A stretch of DNA of 16,700 nt from Nitrospinota bacterium (GTDB lineage Bacteria; Nitrospinota; Nitrospinia; Nitrospinales; VA-1). The notes under the pieces are model-generated. The model had not been told where the DNA came from. It searched no databases and saw only the letters and a list, made by a program, of their open reading frames with translations. Positions 1 to 7,546 of this stretch are shown one piece after another (position 1 is the stretch's first letter; the number at the start of each line of letters is the position of its first letter). The position numbers were made by a program, and so were the translations under genes. Location: assembly GCA_038108555.1 (NCBI GenBank), contig JAYNIA010000053.1:1-16700 (forward strand), written 5' to 3'.

Positions 1-203
1 CCTTCCCCGGGGTGGAAAAATTTTTAAAATTTCATTTCTTTATTTACGAGACCCGCTTTTTAACATTGGAATTGTAACTCTGTCAATTGCTTTTAATTGA
101 ATGACTTGTCACAGTTTTGTCAACACATTAACCTTAAATCCCCAGAAAGAAGTAAAAATTATTTTGGTTACGCAAAACCAGGGAATTTTTCCCTCACAAC
201 AAA

Positions 204-232
204 TTGCATTTCGTATTGAATAATTTGATAAT
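204..232 (+). promoter_or_regulatory. Candidate sigma70 promoter for the 287..2376 unit
   Basis: TTGCAT (204-209), a 17-bp spacer, then GATAAT (227-232), about 55 bp upstream of the GTG start. Confidence 0.4.
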
Positions 233-286
233 ATTTGGTTAAACAAGTTCTGAGCCTGTTTTTACATTTTGATTGAGGAATTATTT

Positions 287-814
287 GTGAAAAAATTCTG
301 GAGGGTTTTTGGCTGGGTATTTCTGGGGATTTTTATCCAGTTTAAATTCAACGCATTATATGGAATCGTCTTTCTGGAAAACCTCAACTTTCATGATCGC
401 ACCTACTGGGTTGAAATGAAAATGACACCCACCGATGAAAGCCTTAGGGTATTGAAGGTAAAAACCACGGTACACCATTCTCTGGGGCCGGACTATTTTG
501 CAAATGTGTATATTCCCGAGGAGTACAAAGTTTTAAACCATCAGCCCTATGCCGGGGTGGAGCATATCGACGGGTACCATGCTTACAAAATGAATATGAA
601 ACGAAAGTATAGAGATGTCCTGGCCGAAACCAACTTCATCATAATGCCCAAGAAAAATGTAGTGGCTCCCCTTCCTATGAAAGTTCATTTCGAAAATTTG
701 AAACAACGGTTGCATGCAGACGAGTCTTTTAAAATCTCAACCCAGGACAAAAAAACAAAGATTGAAGGCCCGGAAAAAGCTGAAGCAATTTACCCTCAAA
801 AACTAGGCATGTAA
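287..814 (+). CDS. Hypothetical protein with an N-terminal hydrophobic anchor and a probable extracytoplasmic domain
   Basis: ORF 269..814. GTG at 287 is preferred because the SD-like GAGGA lies at 275-279. The N-terminus [18 protein letters not shown] is basic then hydrophobic. No family recognised. 7-bp gap to the next gene. Confidence 0.75.
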   Translation: MKKFWRVFGWVFLGIFIQFKFNALYGIVFLENLNFHDRTYWVEMKMTPTDESLRVLKVKTTVHHSLGPDYFANVYIPEEYKVLNHQPYAGVEHIDGYHAYKMNMKRKYRDVLAETNFIIMPKKNVVAPLPMKVHFENLKQRLHADESFKISTQDKKTKIEGPEKAEAIYPQKLGM

Positions 815-821
815 AACAGCA

Positions 822-1673
822 ATGTCTCGCACTAAAGAATTCAAAGACTATTACAAGATCCTCAATCTGCCTGACTCTGCTCCCCAAGAGGAAATAAAAA
901 AATCCTTTCGAAAGTTGGCATTGGAACTGCACCCGGACCACAACCCCAACGACCCACAAAGCGAGGAGAAATTCAAGGAGGTCACCGAAGCTTATGGGGT
1001 ATTGAGCGATCCGCAAAAAAAATTGGAGTACGACAGATTTAGATCCGATTATCTGGCAGGCCGTAGGTCTTCCAGATTCCGGTATTCCCAGGAAGATATT
1101 TTCTCGAGCATGTTTCAAGGAAAAAATGCCAATGACCTTTTTGAGGAACTCAATCGCGAATTCAGCCGTTCCGGTTTCAGGTCCGGCAATAATTTTTTCG
1201 AAACCATATTTTTTGGCGGGGCGGTCGGTGGTCTCGGTCGCATATTGCGCATGGTACCAGGCCCCATTGGTCGAATCGGAATGGGACTCAAAGTCGCACA
1301 AGTTGTGGGATCTTCTCTGTACGCCATGCATAAAATGAAAAAAGCCCAGGACGCTGCAAACCCCAACAATCCCCCAAAACCTGAAAATCCATTAATGAAC
1401 AATTTAAAAGGAATGTTTGGCAAATCAAATGAAGAAAAACTTTCTCCATTGGATATGGATTTCTCAATCACCATTCCCGCCATAGATGGGTTAAATGGAG
1501 CGCGCAAGAAGATTTCCTACCAGGTAAATGGAACAACTGAACAATTAATGGTACGTATTCCTCCCAATTTCCCCTCAGGCGGAAAGTTGAGGATTCGCAA
1601 TAAAGGTCGTATTCAAGACGACAAACGCGGAGACCTGATTTTATCCGTAAATATTGAGGCAGCCCCTGCTTGA
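822..1673 (+). CDS. DnaJ-domain co-chaperone (CbpA-like, no zinc finger)
   Basis: J-domain KDYYKIL...HPDHN...[14 protein letters not shown] with the HPD motif. G/F-rich region follows. C-terminal DnaJ_C-like segment VRIPP...LRIRNKG...RGDLIL. No CxxCxGxG repeats. Confidence 0.9.
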   Translation: MSRTKEFKDYYKILNLPDSAPQEEIKKSFRKLALELHPDHNPNDPQSEEKFKEVTEAYGVLSDPQKKLEYDRFRSDYLAGRRSSRFRYSQEDIFSSMFQGKNANDLFEELNREFSRSGFRSGNNFFETIFFGGAVGGLGRILRMVPGPIGRIGMGLKVAQVVGSSLYAMHKMKKAQDAANPNNPPKPENPLMNNLKGMFGKSNEEKLSPLDMDFSITIPAIDGLNGARKKISYQVNGTTEQLMVRIPPNFPSGGKLRIRNKGRIQDDKRGDLILSVNIEAAPA

Positions 1674-1680
1674 TTGATAA

Positions 1681-2376
1681 ATGAATAAATCCCAAATACT
1701 GGACTACTGGCTCGCTTTTTTCCGCGATCTGTTAATTGGAACATTGAAAAAAATTTTTCTTTTCGGCTTTTCGGGGTTTGGAGTGGGGGTTTTAGCTTCA
1801 ATGGTTTTTGATTCACAGGTTCTCGAGGTTGCCGAGTGGAGCGGTTGGCTTGAAACGTTGATTCTTTTCCTGGCCTGCTTATGGTATTTGGGTTTTGGCA
1901 TTCTGCATGGCTGGGTTGCCTGTGCCTTGCAGGTCATGATCCAAAAAATCCGAGAAGGTCTGGAAGGATTGCAGCAACTTTTGGACTGGATTACCCGGGA
2001 GGTTATAGGCCGAATCCCCAAATTTCAGAAAAACATCCCTCGATCAGAATTGGAGAGTAAATACGACCAGGTCGGCAACGAACTGCAAAGCAAATTAAAA
2101 CAAAAAGGTGGCCTGACAGGTTTATTTTCCGGCCTCATGTTTTCCGTTATTTTAAAGGTCTTAAAATTCTTCTTCCTCGATCAAGTCGTTGAGGAGCTAC
2201 AAAAAAAGGACACGGGAGAAATCACTTCTGCAGATATCGAACATGCCGTTCGCCGGGTGGGAACGGATGTTATGCTCTCTCCCATTACAGACAACCTGTT
2301 TTTAATTCATGTGATTAATCTGGTCCTAGGTCTTTTATTTTTCAGCATTCCTTTTAGCCTGCTTTGGTTTTTATAG
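1681..2376 (+). CDS. Hypothetical integral membrane protein (about 3-4 TM segments plus a helical soluble region)
   Basis: 231-aa ORF starting 7 bp after the J-protein stop. Hydrophobic stretches IFLFGFSGFGVGVLASMVF, TLILFLACLWYLGFGILHGW and LFLIHVINLVLGLLFFSIPFSLLWFL. Confidence 0.8.
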   Translation: MNKSQILDYWLAFFRDLLIGTLKKIFLFGFSGFGVGVLASMVFDSQVLEVAEWSGWLETLILFLACLWYLGFGILHGWVACALQVMIQKIREGLEGLQQLLDWITREVIGRIPKFQKNIPRSELESKYDQVGNELQSKLKQKGGLTGLFSGLMFSVILKVLKFFFLDQVVEELQKKDTGEITSADIEHAVRRVGTDVMLSPITDNLFLIHVINLVLGLLFFSIPFSLLWFL

Positions 2377-2586
2377 ATCTTGTTAACAGGCCGCATTCCG
2401 CACACAAGGTTGTTTGACTGACTTTCATACTATTAACCCTTTTCACAATGGTTCTAATTTTAATTTAGAAAAAAACAGGTCGAAATGAAACGGAAGCAAC
2501 AGTTTGTCATCGAAATACTCTATACTACGCTGTTCCTACCAAATAATTGGATGATGTTTAACCTGTAAGTTGAAAGTTAAAGCCGA

Positions 2587-3435
2587 ATGTTCATATTTAA
2601 CAAACAATTTCTTTATTTGTTCATTGCTATAATTATTGCGTGTACCCCAAACAGGGTTTATGCAGAACCCATACCCGTTTTTGTTAGTATTGTGCCGCAA
2701 AAGTTTTTTATCGAACGAATTGGTGGTAATGAGGTTGAAGTAGAGGCAATGGTCAAACCCGGAGAAAGTCCGGCCACATTCAACCCAAACCCAAAAAAAA
2801 TGAGCAAGCTGGCAAATGCTAAACTGTATTTCAGTATTGGTGTCCCATTTGAAAAAGTTTGGTTACCCCGAATCCAGGCTTTACAACCAGATTTAAAATT
2901 CGTTTCACTTAGTCAAGGTTTATCAGAAGCCAATCCAGGAAGTTTACATGAAGAAGATCCTCATATTTGGACCGATCCTGTTCTATCCAAAAAAATGGCA
3001 AAAAAAATTGAGGTGGAATTGTCAAAACTAAAACCTGAAAAAAAAGAATTCTTTAATAATAATTATCAGACCCTGGCCCGGGAGCTGGATGCCCTGAACC
3101 AGGAAATCCGTAAGATATTTGCCGCTACTAAAAATCGCAGTTTCATGGTTTTTCATCCTGCCTGGTCGTATTTCGCGGAGGCTTACGGGCTCAAGCAAGT
3201 CTCCATAGAACATGAGGGTAAGGAACCCGGCCCAAGGGCATTGCAGGATGTAATTAATAAAGGAAAAAAACTGGGGATCAAAGTTATTTTTGTGCAAAAA
3301 CAATTCAGCCTTTCGGTCGCAAAAAAAGTAGCTAAAATGATTGGAGCGACCGTTCAAGAAATGGACCCTCTAGCTGAAAACTATTTTGAAAATATGCGAA
3401 AAACAGCTAAAGCCATTGCTGGAGCAAATCATTGA
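2587..3435 (+). CDS. znuA: Zn/Mn ABC transporter substrate-binding protein (ZnuA/TroA family)
   Basis: Signal peptide ending VYA; VFVSIVPQKFF, DPHIW, FMVFHPAWSYFA, EGKEP and DPLA motifs. Stop overlaps the znuC start (TTGA). Confidence 0.9.
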   Translation: MFIFNKQFLYLFIAIIIACTPNRVYAEPIPVFVSIVPQKFFIERIGGNEVEVEAMVKPGESPATFNPNPKKMSKLANAKLYFSIGVPFEKVWLPRIQALQPDLKFVSLSQGLSEANPGSLHEEDPHIWTDPVLSKKMAKKIEVELSKLKPEKKEFFNNNYQTLARELDALNQEIRKIFAATKNRSFMVFHPAWSYFAEAYGLKQVSIEHEGKEPGPRALQDVINKGKKLGIKVIFVQKQFSLSVAKKVAKMIGATVQEMDPLAENYFENMRKTAKAIAGANH

Positions 3436-4181
3436 ATAAAAACCCTGTAATAAAAATTCAAGACCTCCATTTCCGTTACGGTGGTCCCCCTATTTTGGAG
3501 GACATCCAACTTGAAATTGAAGCCCAAGAATTTGTTGGTATGGTTGGCCCCAATGGGAGCGGCAAAACAACGCTGCTAAAAATTATTTTAGGGCTTCTGG
3601 AGCCTGATCGAGGTTTTGTTGAGGTTTTGGGAAAACCCCCTCATCAGGCAGTGCAAGAAATTGGCTATATGCCGCAAACAACCCCCTTTGCTAGAGATTT
3701 TCCAATCACCGTCGAAGAAACGGTGCTAATGGGCAGGTTGGGGAAAACTTCAAAGTTTGGCCTATTCAGCAAAGAAGACAAGGAACTTGCAGCTGAATCC
3801 ATGGAAGCAGTGGAGATTATTGATTTAAGAAAGCGTCCTATCGCCTCCTTGTCTGGTGGACAATTACAACGTGTCCTGATTGCCCGTGCTCTTACCTGTA
3901 ATCCGGAAATCATGATTCTCGATGAGCCCACCGCCAACGTGGACATGAGGGTAGAAAAGGATATTTTTGACCTATTAAAAAAACTAAATGAAAAAATCAC
4001 CATCATCGTTGTTACCCACGATATCGGGTTCATTTCCCAGTACATCACGAAAGTGGCCTGCATCAATCGCACTCTGATTTGTCATCCCACTTCGGAGCTT
4101 ACCGGGGAAACTATAGAAAATCTTTATGGAACCCATGTCCACATGGTGCATCACCATCATGAAGGGGGTGACCCCCATTGA
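3432..4181 (+). CDS. znuC: Zn/Mn ABC transporter ATP-binding protein
   Basis: Walker A GPNGSGKT, signature LSGGQ, Walker B ILDEP, H-loop VTHD and a His-rich C-terminal tail. TTG start with GGAG at 3421-3424. Confidence 0.92.
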   Translation: MNKNPVIKIQDLHFRYGGPPILEDIQLEIEAQEFVGMVGPNGSGKTTLLKIILGLLEPDRGFVEVLGKPPHQAVQEIGYMPQTTPFARDFPITVEETVLMGRLGKTSKFGLFSKEDKELAAESMEAVEIIDLRKRPIASLSGGQLQRVLIARALTCNPEIMILDEPTANVDMRVEKDIFDLLKKLNEKITIIVVTHDIGFISQYITKVACINRTLICHPTSELTGETIENLYGTHVHMVHHHHEGGDPH

Positions 4182-5623
4182 GTTCTTTTCTTGAAGCGGC
4201 CTCAAGCCAAACCTTTATGCAAAACGCCCTTGTGGGCGGAATCCTCGCAAGTGTTGCCTGTGGTGCCATTGGTTCCTATGTAGTAGTAAAACGTATTGGC
4301 TACCTAGCTGGTGGAATTGCGCATGCAGTTTTAGGAGGAATGGGAATCGCCTATTACCTGGGTCGTTCCCCAATAGAAGGAGCTTTGGTTGCAGCACTCG
4401 TCTTTGCCTTCATTCTCGGATGGGTGAGCTTGCGTATGAATCAGCACGAAGATACTGTCATCGGTGCATTATGGGCCGGGGGAATGGCTGTAGGGATTTT
4501 GTTCATCTCGCAAACGCCAGGATACAACGTCGACCTGATGAGTTTTTTGTTTGGCAATATCCTGATGATCGCTTCGGAAGATCTTTACTGGATTGCCGGA
4601 CTCGACGCCCTCATTCTGGTTATTGTTTTCCTGTTCTATAAACAGTTTATAGCCGTTTCATTTGACGAAGAATTTGCCCGGTTGCGAGGCATCCCTGTAG
4701 AACGCTTTTACCTGCTTTTCCTTTCGCTGGTAGCCCTGACGGTAGTCATCCTGATTCAAATTGTCGGATTGATCCTTGTCATCGCGCTATTAACCCTACC
4801 CGCTGCCATTGCCGGACAATATGTACGTTCTCTCAACCTAATGATGGTCCTTGCAACTCTGTTCGGAATGGTTTTTACAACTGGAGGGTTGGCCTTGTCC
4901 TATCAACCCGACCTTCCCCCCGGGCCCACCATCATCCTGTTGGCTGGAGTGTTTTATCTAATTTCTCTTCTTCTAAATCATTTCAAAAAAAAAAGTTTGA
5001 CCATTCATGATTGCTGCTCCAGTCTTGAAAAAGAATTGACCAAAGTCCACGATGACAAACGAAACATTCTGGTTTGGGTTCTGGTTATTAACGGGACCAT
5101 GTTCCTTATCGAAGGAATATACGGCTGGTTTGCGCAATCCAGTGCATTGATGGCAGATGCCCTTGATATGCTTGGTGATGCCGCTATCTTCGGATTTTCC
5201 CTTTATGTCATTCGATTGGATTCTATTTGGCAAAGTCGTGCCGGTTATATAAAAGGAATTATTATGGCTCTTTTTTCCGTTAGCGTTCTTACCGGTGCCA
5301 TCTATAGATCTTTTAACCCGACCCTGCCGGAAGCCTCAACCATGGGAGTCGTCGGGTTTCTGGCACTCGCTGCCAACCTGGTTTGCGCCATTATGTTATT
5401 GGGCTTTAAAGATTCCGATATCAACATGCGCTCCGCATGGCTTTGTTCACGCAATGATGTATTAGCTAATTTGGGAGTGCTGCTCGCAGCAGGAGGAGTC
5501 GCATGGACAAAAACCCCCTGGCCGGATTTGATAGTTGGAGTCAGTATCTCTGCCCTGATTTTAAAATCGGCAATCGAAGTTCTTAAAGATGCCAAACTGG
5601 AAATGGTGAACCATAAAGTTTAA
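4178..5623 (+). CDS. znuB: ZnuB-type ABC-3 permease (aa ~1-270) fused in frame to a short CTD-less CDF cation-efflux domain (from ~4997)
   Basis: Permease motifs GSYVVVKR, GIAHAVLGG, FLFGNIL, SFDEEFA, VGLILVIALLTLPAA and DLPPGPTII. CDF motifs SSALMADALDMLGDA, DINMRSAWLCSRND and WPDLIVG. The junction contains an A10 run, so the two parts could be separate genes. Confidence 0.8.
   Translation: MSSFLEAASSQTFMQNALVGGILASVACGAIGSYVVVKRIGYLAGGIAHAVLGGMGIAYYLGRSPIEGALVAALVFAFILGWVSLRMNQHEDTVIGALWAGGMAVGILFISQTPGYNVDLMSFLFGNILMIASEDLYWIAGLDALILVIVFLFYKQFIAVSFDEEFARLRGIPVERFYLLFLSLVALTVVILIQIVGLILVIALLTLPAAIAGQYVRSLNLMMVLATLFGMVFTTGGLALSYQPDLPPGPTIILLAGVFYLISLLLNHFKKKSLTIHDCCSSLEKELTKVHDDKRNILVWVLVINGTMFLIEGIYGWFAQSSALMADALDMLGDAAIFGFSLYVIRLDSIWQSRAGYIKGIIMALFSVSVLTGAIYRSFNPTLPEASTMGVVGFLALAANLVCAIMLLGFKDSDINMRSAWLCSRNDVLANLGVLLAAGGVAWTKTPWPDLIVGVSISALILKSAIEVLKDAKLEMVNHKV
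4985..4994 (+). repeat. A10 homopolymer at the ZnuB/CDF junction
   Basis: TTC AAAAAAAAAA GTTTGACC read directly from the sequence. Confidence 0.9.
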
Positions 5624-5628
5624 TAAAC

Positions 5629-7542
5629 CTAATTCGCGCTGAAAGGTTTTGCGAGGGGGAGCTCAATAGTAAAACAACTGCCTTTACCCATTTCACTGAC
5701 CAGGTAAATGGAACCATCCATCAGGTCGATTAATTTTTTGGTTATGCTCAATCCAATCCCTACCCCATCGACAGTGGTATTGTCTAAATTCAATCTCAAA
5801 AAAGGTTCAAAGATTTTTGATTGCTCATCTTTTGGAATTCCCTTTCCTGTATCATGAATTTTAACCTGCACCTTTTCCTCAGATATTTTCTTTTGTGAAA
5901 CCAAAACGGACCCGTTTTCGCAATTATATTTAATCGCATTCGACAGCAGGTTGATTAAGGCCTGGATGATTCGTGTCGAATCAGCTCGAACACTCAAATG
6001 GTTTTCACTGGGATGTAAATTTTCTATTTTGATATTGCTGTTTTCTGCCATGGGCTGGACCAGGCGTACAGCTTCGTCCACCAGGGGAGACAATTCCACC
6101 CTTTCCATTTTCATTGAAAATTGTCCAGCCTCGATTCGGGACAAGTCCAAAACATCGTTAACCAGAAGCAGCAAATGATTACCGCCTTTTAAAATATGGC
6201 TCACATTTTTCTTTTGGGTTTCTGATAAATTTTCCTCATGGTTCATGTTCAGTAATTGGGCAAACCCCAACACCGCATTTAAAGGAGTGCGTAATTCATG
6301 GCTCATTCGCGAAAGAAACTCGGTTTTCGCCGCACTTGCTTTTTCTGCATCTACCTTTGCCCTGATCATCGATGCATGTGCTTTTTCTCTTTGCCAGCTC
6401 ATGTACAAAGCCCGTGTGGAGGCTACCAATAAAAAGCCGAATAAAAGAAAAAACCAGATCTGAAGTTTATGCAAAAAAGCGAATGCCTCTTCGAAATCCA
6501 TTTCACTGGCGATACCAAACCCAAATTCGGGCAACCAGGCCCATGTACCCACCACTTTCACTCCCCGAAAATCTCTATACCCCTCTAGGTCAAATCCCGT
6601 TTCACCCTTGAGGGCACTTTCCGCCATTCGAGTAAATGGCAATTCCTGTACCGAAGTTGGGATTCCTTCTCCGGTGGTCAAATTGACACCCGGGTCACGC
6701 AATGAAAGGTTCAGGATGGAAGGCGCCTCAGGGAAGTCTGGGATTAACTTGAACTCTTTAAGTTGTGTTTCAAAACGACTCTTCGAAATAATGGTTCCAT
6801 CTTTATTAAAGGCGTAAATTTCACCGGACTCGCCTGCCCTTTCTATTTCAAAAATATGGGAAAACACGGTTTCCGGCCGAAACCTTAATCCTAGAATTCC
6901 AATAAACTTTCCATCCGCACTTGTTACGGGCGTGGTGACCAGCAAATTGGGCCAATCCTTTCTCAATACCCCGCGTTCATCAGGAATCTCCACCTCCGAT
7001 TTAAAGGGTAAAGTTATAAAGGCATTTCCCAACACCCCTAATTCCAAAAATCGATTTCCCAATCTATCGATTATTTTTTTATGACCTATTGCTGAGTCCT
7101 GAGAGGCTGCAAAACAAAATCCCGTTTCATCCAAAAACACAAATCCTAGAAACCCAAAGTTTCTTAGCCTTGCGTCTAACTTAGACCTTAAAACTTTTAA
7201 TTCCTCTACCGGGGAAGTTGAATCTGTCCCAATTCTGGAAGAATCGTATAGATTTCTTAGGATCAAAAAATGGTTTTGTATTTCCGGAGTCGAAGCCAAG
7301 GATCTGGCTTTCTCTTTCATATCCCTTTCCCATATTTTAAGCATTTTAACGGATCGGGGAAGAGACATGCTCAATTGCTCAAGGAATATAGCTTTCACCT
7401 CACGTTCTACCGTTTGATAACTGAACCAGGCCACGACCAAAACACTGAGAAGAAAACTCAACGAGAAGCTTAAACTGGAAACCAGAGAAGATCGGGTTTT
7501 TCTGGGAAAGGATTGTTTCGAATTGTCTGAAATCAATTTCAT
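5629..7542 (-). CDS. Membrane sensor histidine kinase (TM - large periplasmic Cache-like domain - TM - HisKA - HATPase_c)
   Basis: H-box FLSRMSHELRTPLNAVLG, N-box NLLSNAIKY, G1 DTGKGI, F-box IFEPF and G2 GVGIGLSI. Two TM helices flank a sensor with GESGEIYAF and YRDFRGVKVVG (Cache-like). No receiver domain. Confidence 0.92.
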   Translation of the reverse strand: MKLISDNSKQSFPRKTRSSLVSSLSFSLSFLLSVLVVAWFSYQTVEREVKAIFLEQLSMSLPRSVKMLKIWERDMKEKARSLASTPEIQNHFLILRNLYDSSRIGTDSTSPVEELKVLRSKLDARLRNFGFLGFVFLDETGFCFAASQDSAIGHKKIIDRLGNRFLELGVLGNAFITLPFKSEVEIPDERGVLRKDWPNLLVTTPVTSADGKFIGILGLRFRPETVFSHIFEIERAGESGEIYAFNKDGTIISKSRFETQLKEFKLIPDFPEAPSILNLSLRDPGVNLTTGEGIPTSVQELPFTRMAESALKGETGFDLEGYRDFRGVKVVGTWAWLPEFGFGIASEMDFEEAFAFLHKLQIWFFLLFGFLLVASTRALYMSWQREKAHASMIRAKVDAEKASAAKTEFLSRMSHELRTPLNAVLGFAQLLNMNHEENLSETQKKNVSHILKGGNHLLLLVNDVLDLSRIEAGQFSMKMERVELSPLVDEAVRLVQPMAENSNIKIENLHPSENHLSVRADSTRIIQALINLLSNAIKYNCENGSVLVSQKKISEEKVQVKIHDTGKGIPKDEQSKIFEPFLRLNLDNTTVDGVGIGLSITKKLIDLMDGSIYLVSEMGKGSCFTIELPLAKPFSAN

Positions 7543-7546
7543 GATT

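Noticed and set aside
269..286. TTG start at 269 for the first ORF
   Set aside because: The SD-like GAGGA lies inside this extension and is correctly spaced for GTG 287.
729..2021. Antisense and alternative-frame ORFs (729..1331, 1115..1507, 1126..1338, 1704..2021 and others)
   Set aside because: They are shadows of well-supported genes and have no recognisable motifs.
2484..2531. Possible Zur box or promoter upstream of znuA (AAGCAAC-AGT-TTGTCAT; TTGTCA-N16-TACGCT)
   Set aside because: The symmetry is too degenerate to call an operator from the sequence alone.
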